The position numbers and the translations under genes are program-made. 64,000 nucleotides of DNA. It comes from Arenicellales bacterium (GTDB taxonomy: Bacteria > Pseudomonadota > Gammaproteobacteria > Arenicellales > JAJDZL01). The notes under the pieces were generated by a model. The model saw only the letters and a program-made list of their open reading frames with translations, had not been told where the DNA came from and did no database searches. Location: NCBI GenBank assembly GCA_965200765.1, contig OZ241380.1, forward strand, positions 1,170,417 through 1,234,416. The letters are read 5' to 3'. Of the stretch, positions 1 to 7,821 are shown in pieces (within the stretch, counting starts at the first letter, position 1; each line of letters opens with the position of its first letter).

Positions 1-747
1 TATTGTATCGGGACCAGCGCATTGCCCCAACTCGACAACATTGTCGCGCACTGTCCAGTAATGCTTTTCGTTCACGGTGATGATTCCAAGCATAGCGTCG
101 GAATGCCCGGTGATGTATTTTGTCGCAGCATGGATGGATACATCGACTCCCAAATCGAATGGCTTGAGGTAAACCGGAGTTGCCCAAGTGTTGTCAATCG
201 CAGTGACAATGTCATGCTCTTTGGCTACAGAAGTAATGGCCGGTATGTCCTGAATCTCGAAAGTTTGCGACCCGGGAGATTCCAGAAAGATCAACGAGGT
301 GTTTGGACGAATGAGTTCTTCAATGCCGTTGCCCACGCAAGGGTCATAATAGGTGGTTTCCACCCCCATTCGCTTCAGCATGGTATCGCAGAAATGACGA
401 GTAGGGTGGTACACACTGTCAACCATCAGAATATGGTCGCCACTTTTCACAAACGCCAGCATTGCTGAAGTAATTGCGCCCAGCCCTGACGACGCAGTGA
501 CAGCAGCGAAGCCGCCTTCCATTTCAGCAATTGCCTGTTCCAGTGCAAAACTCGACGGCGTTCCTAGTCGTCCATAGGTTACTTGGTACAGTTCGCGTCG
601 TTTTTCTGGTGATGCCATCAAATCTTCGTATGAATCATACAAAACGGTTGATCCGTGATAGATTGGCAAATTGACATAACCGGCACTTGCTTTTCGGTTT
701 CGACCGAGATGAGCAGCGAGAGTGGCAGGCGAGTATTTTTTATCCAT
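1..747 (-). CDS. metC: cystathionine beta-lyase (PLP-dependent Cys/Met metabolism family), N-terminal 249 codons; 3' end runs off the window
   Basis: Absent from the ORF track because there is no in-window stop. The reverse-strand ATG at 747-745 gives MDKKYSPATLAAHLGRN... and continues ...LIFLESPGSQTFEIQDIPAI..IDNTWATPVYLKPFDLGVDVSIHAATKYITGHSDAMLG. This is collinear with E. coli MetC, including DNTWA and the PLP-lysine motif ATKYxxGHSD. Track ORF 22..468(+) is antisense to it. Confidence 0.85.
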   Translation of the reverse strand, partial: MDKKYSPATLAAHLGRNRKASAGYVNLPIYHGSTVLYDSYEDLMASPEKRRELYQVTYGRLGTPSSFALEQAIAEMEGGFAAVTASSGLGAITSAMLAFVKSGDHILMVDSVYHPTRHFCDTMLKRMGVETTYYDPCVGNGIEELIRPNTSLIFLESPGSQTFEIQDIPAITSVAKEHDIVTAIDNTWATPVYLKPFDLGVDVSIHAATKYITGHSDAMLGIITVNEKHYWTVRDNVVELGQCAGPDTI

Positions 748-841
748 GTCTAGCAATCAGCAAGAAGTTTGAGTGTTGGCCTGATTGAATCTCCTTGGCG
801 AACTCCTGATTTTAGGAGCGGTGTATTCAGATTGTGCAACG

Positions 842-1438
842 CTAATATATTTGAAAGTGCGCTTCTGTTGGTGCGCGGTCGATTCCATTGATTGGAAGCA
901 TGTCCTGGGGGCAGGCCGAGAACGCAATTACACAGTCCATTACGGAACGAAACAAAATGTACTCGCCCGGCTTGCTGACGGGTGCTTCCCATGACAATTG
1001 TCCTTCTGAAGTCCAAGGTATATTCATGAACAAATTCATCGGACTCGGCACATCGGCAATTTCCATGTCCAGATCATTCATCGCTTTCAACAGATTGTCC
1101 GAGCAGTTGTCGTGGTATTCAGTACAGCCAAGCAACTTGTAGCGATAGTTGTCGCAAGCCGCCATAAGCAAGTCGTGTACTCCCGGAGTCGTATCTTCGA
1201 CTACATCAAGAATTGCCCTGCGATGGTTGGTATAGAGTGAGTCTCCGGGCTTGAAAGTCATGCTGACAAGAGTGGCCCGAGTATGTTCATTCGACTGGAA
1301 CTCGGTCAAATCATTGGCATTGAATGCCCACGTGTCAACCACTTGCGTGCCATGGGTATTGATTACCTTGATGTGCTGACCGGCCTTGACCAGTACTGAT
1401 TTGCCGCTTCTGGCGGGTATGGTGATAATGTCATTCAT
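842..1438 (-). CDS. DUF1989 / urea carboxylase-associated family protein
   Basis: 198-aa ORF starting at ATG 1438. IPARSGKSVLVKAGQHIKVINTHGTQVVDTWAFNA...HRRAILDVVEDTTPGVHDLLMAACD..YRY..LGC..YHDNC...ACPQD..PING fits the conserved DUF1989 pattern as I recall it. The overlapping small ORFs (750..1016, 785..994, 888..1142) are discarded. Confidence 0.75.
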   Translation of the reverse strand: MNDIITIPARSGKSVLVKAGQHIKVINTHGTQVVDTWAFNANDLTEFQSNEHTRATLVSMTFKPGDSLYTNHRRAILDVVEDTTPGVHDLLMAACDNYRYKLLGCTEYHDNCSDNLLKAMNDLDMEIADVPSPMNLFMNIPWTSEGQLSWEAPVSKPGEYILFRSVMDCVIAFSACPQDMLPINGIDRAPTEAHFQIY

Positions 1439-1837
1439 TTGGATTCAATGAGGCTCAAGAGTGATATGGAGTTTCAATGATGAAACAAAAAAGTGATTAT
1501 ACAAGCCGATTCAGTTTGATTGAAATTTTGCGACAGACTAACGCGGTTTGTTTGGCGAGTCCAGTCCAATATCTTCAATGCCTGGAATTTACTCCCAAGC
1601 TTTTGTCCATCTGGTTCAAATCAACGATATAATATGCCTCCGCACCTACAATCGTCTTGTTGGTACAAGATACACGAGCGATGTCGACAATGGTTTTCAA
1701 CGTATTGGTTCAATAGCAGATCTTACCAATGCTAGCGGTTGAATCGCAATACGTACTCGTTGACATAACTTGGAAGACATTTGACAGGGAAGGGGAGTAC
1801 GGTCTATGTTTCACTGATTAGCAAGGAGGGAGATGAG

Positions 1838-2041
1838 TTGTCGATTAACAACAAAAAAATAGATAAGGTAGCATGTGCTAGAGTTATGCGCCTCTATGGT
1901 TGCAAATCACGAGTCGAGGCTATCAATTTCGCTTTGCGAGTTGTTGCTGTAAAACCTTTGAGTATAGAAAAAGCTTTGCAACTTCGCGGGTCTGGCTGGG
2001 AAGGCGAGCTTGACGAGATGCGCGGTACACGGAAGTTTTGA
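1838..2041 (+). CDS. vapB: type II antitoxin, VapB/DUF2191-like
   Basis: The track ORF is 1781..2041. AAGGAGG at 1823-1829 followed 8 nt later by an in-frame TTG at 1838 argues for the shorter product LSINNKKIDKVACARVMRLYGCKSRVEAINFALR...LRGSGWEGELDEMRGTR. The A.rl.G.ks..EA...ALR ... W.GdLd.MR pattern is typical of this antitoxin family. Its stop overlaps the next ORF start (TTGA). Confidence 0.6.
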   Translation: MSINNKKIDKVACARVMRLYGCKSRVEAINFALRVVAVKPLSIEKALQLRGSGWEGELDEMRGTRKF

Positions 2042-2223
2042 TACCAGTTGATACGTCTGCGTGGATAGAATTTCTACGCAATACAGGCTCGCCAATCTGT
2101 CATTGCGTAGATGAACTGTTTGGTGCTGGTACCGCCTTTTTCGAACTTGCAACCTGTGATGCGATACGAATGGAAGTACTTACAGGTGCCCGAAGTGAGA
2201 AGCACTTGAAGCAACCAGCTTAG
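2038..2223 (+). pseudogene. vapC: truncated PIN-domain toxin (VapC), N-terminal 61 codons only
   Basis: IPVDTSAWIEFLR... is the canonical VapC N-terminus with its first acidic PIN residue. The ORF stops after 61 aa, whereas PIN toxins are about 130 aa. I found no continuation in other frames before nuoN starts at 2318. Confidence 0.55.
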
Positions 2224-2317
2224 AGGCATGTAATATAATTCTTGCATTGCATCTGGCGTTTCAATTGAACGTCCTGTCGCTGATGAGCTTCGAACGCAAC
2301 AACTACTATCCAAAGGA

Positions 2318-3769
2318 ATGCCTGTAGATTTTGAAATTCATAGATTGCTGCCGGAACTGATTATCAGTTTCATGGCCTGTGTCATCCTGATCGTTGATCA
2401 AACGAAACTGAAAGAAATTCGAGGTTGGAGTTTGCCGTATATTTTGGCAAGCGCAACACTTCTTGGCATTGCAATCGCGTTGCCAGGCAATTTCTCCCTG
2501 GATAGCGCGGTGGTTCTCAATGGCATGTATGTGGACGATCTGTTGTCTCGTCTCATCAAGTTTGCGATTTGTCTATTGACCTTGTTCGTTTTTGTGTACT
2601 CCTACTCCTACTCGAATAGCAGAGGGCTTCGAAAGGGCGAGTACTATGTTCTTGGTTTACTCGGCGTGGTTGGCATGATGACAATGGCATCGGCCGGGCA
2701 CTTGCTGGTACTGTATTTGGGATTGGAATTGATGTCGCTGTGCTTGTACGCAATGGTAGCGTTTCAGCGCGATTCTGCACAGGCAACCGAAGCCGCGATG
2801 AAGTATTTTGTTCTTGGTGCGATTGCTTCGGGCTGTTTGTTGTATGGCATGTCAATTCTCTATGGAATTACGGGTTCACTTCATATATCTGCGGTTCAGG
2901 AAGCAGTATCCGGAATGTCGCCAGACAATGCAGCACTGATTTTCGCATTGGTGTTTGTCATTGTTGCACTGGCATTCAAGCTGGGTGCTGCACCATTTCA
3001 TATGTGGGTGCCGGATGTTTACCATGGATCTCCAACATCAACAACCCTCTATCTGGGCACTGCGCCCAAGATTGCAGCTTTTGCCCTGGTGATGCGATTA
3101 CTAGTTGATGGATTGGACAACCTGCAACCGGTTTGGCAGGACATGCTGATCGTGATTGCATTGCTGTCCATCGTTGTTGGAAATGTCATTGCAATATCAC
3201 AGACAAACCTCAAGCGTATGCTTGCATATTCGACAATCGCACACATGGGGTACATGCTTCTCGGAATATTGAGCGGCAGTCAGGAAGGCTATGCTGCTTC
3301 GTTGTTCTACATCCTTGTGTATTCAACCATGAGTTTGGGGGCGTTCGGCATCATCGCGCTTTCGGCGAGAAAAGATAGTGAATCCGATTTGATTGAAGAT
3401 TTTTCGGGCTTGAATTCCAGAAATCCGTGGCTGGCGTTTTTGATGTTGCTATTGATGTTTTCACTGGCAGGGGTGCCACCTACGGTGGGCTTCTATGCCA
3501 AGTTGTCAGTAATTCAGGCACTGATTGGCGCAGGACTCGTGTGGGTTGCAGTTGTGGCAGTCATCTTTGCAGTCGTTGGCGCATACTACTATTTACGCGT
3601 GATAAAAGTGATGTATTTCGATGAGCTGACGGATGAGCGCAAGCCGTTCGATGCGGCAAATAATACAAAAATCTTGCTTGCAATCAATGCAATCGGAGTC
3701 GTTGCAATACTACCGTGGGTTGGAAATTTGCTGGAGATTTGTTCCTCGGCGATTGCGGGATTGTATTGA
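2318..3769 (+). CDS. nuoN: NADH-quinone oxidoreductase subunit N
   Basis: 483-aa polytopic membrane protein. LLPELIISFMACVILIVD..., KLGAAPFHMWVPDVYHGSPT, KRMLAYSTIAHMGYML and PPTVGFYAKL are NuoN/ND2 hallmarks. Internal and antisense ORFs (2556..2855, 2740..3108 and others) are discarded. Confidence 0.9.
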   Translation: MPVDFEIHRLLPELIISFMACVILIVDQTKLKEIRGWSLPYILASATLLGIAIALPGNFSLDSAVVLNGMYVDDLLSRLIKFAICLLTLFVFVYSYSYSNSRGLRKGEYYVLGLLGVVGMMTMASAGHLLVLYLGLELMSLCLYAMVAFQRDSAQATEAAMKYFVLGAIASGCLLYGMSILYGITGSLHISAVQEAVSGMSPDNAALIFALVFVIVALAFKLGAAPFHMWVPDVYHGSPTSTTLYLGTAPKIAAFALVMRLLVDGLDNLQPVWQDMLIVIALLSIVVGNVIAISQTNLKRMLAYSTIAHMGYMLLGILSGSQEGYAASLFYILVYSTMSLGAFGIIALSARKDSESDLIEDFSGLNSRNPWLAFLMLLLMFSLAGVPPTVGFYAKLSVIQALIGAGLVWVAVVAVIFAVVGAYYYLRVIKVMYFDELTDERKPFDAANNTKILLAINAIGVVAILPWVGNLLEICSSAIAGLY

Positions 3770-3909
3770 AGTAGCAGATCGAAAAATAAACGGTTTTTGC
3801 CAGTGGTCTGGCTTCAACCGTTGCAGTTGGCGTTCGATAACTGATGAATGGTGGTGCACTTTTGGTTGCATAGCGCAGAATTCCAATTCAAGACAGGTGC
3901 TTTACGTTG

Positions 3910-4359
3910 TCAAATTGCGAACTGAAAACGATTATCGAAACCAACGTGCAAATACCCTTTACAAATTACGTCTCGTCCCAGCAATCCTGAATAATTGCTG
4001 GTTGATCCTCTAAATTCAATCACAGAAAGGTTGCTAAAAATAACTATGTTTGTCTGGACGGCATTTGGTGATTCAGGACTTAATTCGCCGAACAAAACAC
4101 CAATATCGCAAACATAGGTTTGTGATTGTGCTATCCCACTAGGTGTATAAATCTCTGTTTGACTTGTTGACTTAATTTTAATACGATCTGCAACTTCACG
4201 AGAAATACTAGATAGAGTTGCTCCGGTATCAACCAGTAAATTTACAACTACCCCTTCGCTAGTATTTCCTGGGGCCGAAACCGTGGTTTGTATAATCGGG
4301 CCAATTGCCGGGTCGTATTGCTTAGAGATGATTGACATGAGAATAATGGCCGAAATCAA
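3910..4359 (-). CDS. retropepsin-like (clan AA) aspartic protease, about 140 aa
   Basis: Contains LLVDTGATLSSIS (the D-T-G-A catalytic motif) and the downstream GLLGRDVI (hydrophobic-G-x-D flap/dimer motif), the typical size and layout of single-domain bacterial retropepsins. The true start may be the second Met at 4338. It overlaps the upstream small ORF. Confidence 0.7.
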   Translation of the reverse strand: MISAIILMSIISKQYDPAIGPIIQTTVSAPGNTSEGVVVNLLVDTGATLSSISREVADRIKIKSTSQTEIYTPSGIAQSQTYVCDIGVLFGELSPESPNAVQTNIVIFSNLSVIEFRGSTSNYSGLLGRDVICKGYLHVGFDNRFQFAI

Positions 4360-4582
4360 CTATGCGGTATGTAACTTCTTGAATTGAAAACAATCCATCT
4401 GATTCAAATTTCAACTTGCCGTATTTCAATGCATCTCCGACACTGTCAAAGTATTCAACTATTTCTCCGTCGCGCAACAGGGCAAACTTGCCAAAGACTT
4501 CTTTCGGCAGTTCGGGGCGCATTTTTTTGAATGCGATAAAGTTATCTTGGACTTGTTTGTCCTGTTTGCTCAAGTTCGACAT
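4322..4582 (-). CDS. small hypothetical protein (86 aa), overlapping partner of the retropepsin-like protease
   Basis: ATG at 4582. ...GKFALLRDGEIVEYFDSVGDALKYG..FSIQEV resembles small partner proteins with the 'GKWVAI.dg.vv..' pattern (DUF5678-like, from memory). Its 3' end overlaps the protease ORF by 17-38 nt, suggesting translational coupling. Confidence 0.5.
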   Translation of the reverse strand: MSNLSKQDKQVQDNFIAFKKMRPELPKEVFGKFALLRDGEIVEYFDSVGDALKYGKLKFESDGLFSIQEVTYRIVDFGHYSHVNHL

Positions 4583-4659
4583 AATGACACCTCCGTATCA
4601 ATCCCAAGTGACCTTTTGTATAAATTCTACCACAATCGCGCAAAAATTGAAAATTTTTC

Positions 4660-5207
4660 TCTTGTCTCACTGTGTATCAGACTCAGTTAGCCATTCTTGT
4701 AATCTTTCGCAACCTCAATCTTCACGCCAAACACACGCCAAGGTCGGCCGCACCCCCTATATTCCGTTGCATTCCAATACTATTGAAATTTCACAGAAGT
4801 TGTTTTTTTGGTGAAAGGGGAGATCATTTTGAACAAGGGGGTGTGCGCAGGAACATCTTGTGTATAGGTAGCCGGAGATCGTCCAGTAATTCTGTATTGT
4901 GGGATGTTTGCGAATACATTTTTGTTTTCAGCAAGGGACCCTTCAATCAACAGGTATGAGTTCCTGGACTGGACAAACAACATCTAAACCTTTCCGATTG
5001 ACTGCGCGTAAAGGGCAAGGCATTCGGCTCCATTTCCTCTTCAACCGCCAACTCGACTATTTCACATGTACTTCTACGTGGGAGATGTTGTACCGGACCC
5101 ATTCATGGGTTCAGGAATAACCGCCAAGACAATCGTTTTGACAAGGAGAAAGCATAGCGGCCTATGAGATTGGGCAAGGGCATTTACGGACAATTTACCC
5201 TTGCTGA
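4660..5207 (+). pseudogene. decayed beta-class (PF01555-type) DNA methyltransferase, multiple frameshifts and stops
   Basis: Fragments in three + frames are collinear with the intact methyltransferase at 59815..60693. AKVGRTPYIPLHSNTIEISQKLFF matches VVTSPPYDNMREY..FREISLELL. DVCEYIFVFSKGPFNQ matches SFEYMFVFSKGLPKT. GKAFGS/HFLFNRQL matches GKGHSAS/HPAIFPEKL. VGDVVPDPFMGSGITAKT matches LVYDPFTGSGTTAVM. The AAYEIGQGHLRTIYPC* tail ends at 5207. Confidence 0.6.
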
Positions 5208-5227
5208 ATACCAATTCTTGTTATACT
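5200..5227 (+). promoter_or_regulatory. candidate sigma70 promoter of tRNA-fMet
   Basis: A cTTGCTg -35-like element at 5200-5206 and TATACT at 5222-5227, with a 15-16 nt spacer. The -10 ends 12 nt before tRNA position 1. Confidence 0.4.
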
Positions 5228-5239
5228 AGACTGATTGAT

Positions 5240-5316
<77 letters not shown>

Positions 5317-5458
5317 CACTTCATAAATTGATCACTCTGAAAGACACAGAAATTCTCTGTACTTCGAGACAAACAGGGCACCCTGCAACTTCAAAATTAC
5401 AGCACGTTCCATCAGCAATCAAGTTGGTCAGCCAGACAAATTTGTCAAAATTTGAGTT

Positions 5459-5636
5459 GAGGGACGAATGGGGGACGAATGGGGGACGAATGGGGGACGA
5501 ATGGGGGACGAATGGGGGACGAATGGGGGACGAATGGGGGACGAATGGGGGACGAATGGGGGACGAATGGGGGACGAATGGGGGACGAATGGGGGACGAA
5601 TGGGGGACGAATGGGGGACGAATGGGGGACGAATGG
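5459..5636. repeat. perfect tandem minisatellite, 16 copies of the 11-bp unit GGGGGACGAAT
   Basis: ACGAAT recurs exactly every 11 nt from 5464 to 5629 (16 occurrences), and the first unit is slightly degenerate. Because 11 is not a multiple of 3, all frames show the same 11-aa periodic pseudo-peptide (GDEWGTNGGRM) in the ORF track. Confidence 0.95.
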
Positions 5637-5693
5637 AAATTGCAAAGCCTTTCAAGTGATTTCGCTGGATAAGTCACTTATGTATTGAACCAG

Positions 5694-7171
5694 CAGCAAT
5701 TCTCATTTTAAAAAATAAGTGAATAAATACAACAAGATAGGAGACTTGATCTTTTGGATTGATGGTGATATAACTTGCCGCCATGAATCCGATGGTGGAT
5801 ATTTTGATTGGCGAGATGCGCCGATGCGTGGAACAGCTGGAGGATCCGAGCCGCGGCCGGAACACGCAGTATCGCTTCAGCGACATTGCCATGGCGGCCT
5901 TTTCGGTGTTCTTCATGCAGTCGCCGTCGTTTCTGTCGCACCAGCGGCGAATGGCTCAAAGCCGCGATGGCGACAGCTGTGCGGCCTCGTTGTTCGGGAT
6001 GGCTCGGATTCCGTGCGACAACCACATTCGCCAAAGTCTGGACGGGATTTCGCCGGAGTCGTTCTACGCTGTGCTTGACGCGGCACTGGCGGTGCTGCGA
6101 CAAAAGCCTGGAGGATTGAAGTCGTTTCGCCGGCTGGGCGGGCGATGCCTGATCGCGTTGGACGGCACTGAGTTTCATCGCTCCACCAAGGTGCATTGCG
6201 AGCTGTGCAGCACTCGAACCAGCAGTAGCACTGGCGAGATTCAGTATCTTCACGCAGTACTTTCGGCCACGCTGGTGGACCCCGGCCACAACCGCGTGGT
6301 GCCGTTGCGGCCGCAGTTCATTGAGCCACAAGACGATGCATCCAAGCAGGACTGCGAATTCAACGCGCTGAAACGATGGCTGGATGGCAATGCGGCCAAA
6401 TACCAAGCCCTCCGGCCGATCTATCTCGGCGACGCCCTGCACGCCAGCCAGCCGATTTGCCAAGCCATTGTCGAGCAGCATGGTGCAGACTTCATCTTCA
6501 CCGCCAAGAAAACCAAGCTTTCCACTTTGTACGAATACCATCAAGGCATCCAGCTGGAAAAGTTGCATATACAGGCGCGAAATGCGCGGCGACAGAAGGA
6601 AACCCGAATCTACCAGTGGTTCAACGACGTGCCAATCCGGGACGGCGACGAGGCGATGCGCGTCAACTGGATGGCACTGCAAATCCATCGCAACGGACGC
6701 AAAACCTACGAATGCCACTTCATCACCTCCATCCCGGTCACGCGAAACAACGTCAAGCAACTGCTTGATTGCGCACGAAGCCGATGGAAAATCGAAAACG
6801 AATCCTTCAACGAACTCAAGAACAACGGATACCACCTCGAACACAACTTCGGACACGGCCAGAAAGGCTTGACCAACGTGCTGCTGGTGCTCAACTTCAT
6901 CGCTTTCGCCATCCACACCGTCTGCGACGAGATGTGCCGGCTCTGGCAGAAAGCCCGGAAAAAACTCGCTGCCCGACGCGACTTCTTCACCGACTTGGCC
7001 GTGCTGCCCAAGTACCTGTACTTCGATAACTGGGAGTCACTGCTGAAGAAGCTGGTGCAAGGCCGACCGCCTTGGCCACCCTCGATTCTTCCAAATCCTT
7101 GTATATAATCGTTTTTTTCACTTCATTCAGGAGGTGACAATTTCACAAACCATTTAAAATGAGAATTGCTG
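5694..7171 (+). mobile_element. intact insertion sequence (1478 bp), IS4-superfamily DDE type; exact family not assigned
   Basis: Perfect 19-bp terminal inverted repeats: CAGCAATTCTCATTTTAAA at 5694-5712 and its reverse complement at 7153-7171. They bracket a single 441-aa transposase ORF. The interior is much more GC-rich than the flanks. No flanking direct target duplication is seen (left ..TTGAACCAG, right ACGTTCCAT..). Confidence 0.85.
5783..7108 (+). CDS. DDE transposase (DDE_Tnp_1 / IS4-like)
   Basis: 441 aa. LIALDGTEF, the YLGDALHAS region, and the C-terminal ARSRWKIENESFNELKNNGYHLEHNFGHG (the Y-x2-R-x3-E-x6-K-type signature of IS4-like transposases). The antisense ORF 5708..6916 and nested ORFs are discarded. 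Confidence 0.9.
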   Translation: MNPMVDILIGEMRRCVEQLEDPSRGRNTQYRFSDIAMAAFSVFFMQSPSFLSHQRRMAQSRDGDSCAASLFGMARIPCDNHIRQSLDGISPESFYAVLDAALAVLRQKPGGLKSFRRLGGRCLIALDGTEFHRSTKVHCELCSTRTSSSTGEIQYLHAVLSATLVDPGHNRVVPLRPQFIEPQDDASKQDCEFNALKRWLDGNAAKYQALRPIYLGDALHASQPICQAIVEQHGADFIFTAKKTKLSTLYEYHQGIQLEKLHIQARNARRQKETRIYQWFNDVPIRDGDEAMRVNWMALQIHRNGRKTYECHFITSIPVTRNNVKQLLDCARSRWKIENESFNELKNNGYHLEHNFGHGQKGLTNVLLVLNFIAFAIHTVCDEMCRLWQKARKKLAARRDFFTDLAVLPKYLYFDNWESLLKKLVQGRPPWPPSILPNPCI

Positions 7172-7283
7172 ACGTTCCATTTGAATGATGGGATCGTATG
7201 CGTGAAGTTCTTAACATTTTCAGGCATGTCTCCAAGTGTCGAATCACTATTCGTCAGTGCCACATTTCGTTTACCTGCATTGG

Positions 7284-7649
7284 TCAAATCAGCGTATCAA
7301 TTTTACGCAACACGCCTATCAACTTGGAAAGCTGTTGTGCCGAAATCTTGCCCTTGTCAGTGCCTATCAAGCAGACCGCTACGAACCTTTTGGCAGTAGC
7401 AAAGCAAGCAGGCTCGAAAACCGTCACGTCTGTCGACGAAACTTGCCAACCGCACTGGGCGCACTCATGCAAATGACGGTGCTTCGGTTGCCAGGACTTG
7501 TCGTGACCGCACTTCGGGTTGACCAATCTGTTTTTCCAGAGATGCTGGTTCAATTCTTCCGGACAAGCCGGCCGAGTTGAATACCTCTGTGTCCATTCAA
7601 AATTTCCAGAATTCTGCTGTATTTGAAATTTGCTCGCCAGCATGCTCAA
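7284..7649 (-). pseudogene. IS1595-family (ISXO2-like) transposase, N-terminal fragment (zinc-ribbon/HTH part only)
   Basis: ...NPKCGHDKSWQPKHRHLHECAQCGWQVSSTDVTVFE...KGKISAQQLSKLIGV follows the IS1595 N-terminal layout: C-x2-C ... C-x2-C zinc ribbon, then 'S.T.GT.F', then 'KKGISA.QL.R.LGV'. No DDE domain follows. The fragment is cut at 7171/7172 by the IS right end. Confidence 0.6.
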
Positions 7650-7750
7650 TCACGTGGTTACGATGTATTACAATGCAAACCTTTGCAATAGTGTGCCCAA
7701 TGCAATCCAATTTGGTGCTGCAAATGGAATTTGTCAATCCTGGAGGAACG

Positions 7751-7777
7751 TTCATAGTGAATTGATTTCACTATGAA
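7751..7777. promoter_or_regulatory. perfect palindrome (11-bp arms, 5-nt spacer) followed by T5: operator or weak intrinsic terminator/insulator
   Basis: TTCATAGTGAA-ttgat-TTCACTATGAA, then ATTTTTG. An identical copy sits at 22537-22563. Confidence 0.6.
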
Positions 7778-7789
7778 TTTTTGATTGAT

Positions 7790-7800
7790 GGGGGGGGGGG
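7790..7800 (+). repeat. homopolymeric G11 tract, promoter-proximal (candidate transcriptional phase-variation tract)
   Basis: 11 consecutive G located between TTGATT (7781-7786) and tgaaattcattcaat, about 45 nt upstream of a conserved TATAAT. The same G11 tract is found at 22574-22584. Confidence 0.8.
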
Positions 7801-7821
7801 TGAAATTCATTCAATCGCGAA

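Noticed and set aside
22-468. A 148-aa + strand ORF at the window start.
   Set aside because: It is antisense to the clearly recognisable metC coding sequence (1..747, minus).
5708-6916. A 402-aa minus-strand ORF and several nested + ORFs inside the IS.
   Set aside because: They lie antisense to, or nested within, a transposase ORF with clear DDE/IS4-type motifs. Their composition is the typical high-GC shadow-ORF pattern.
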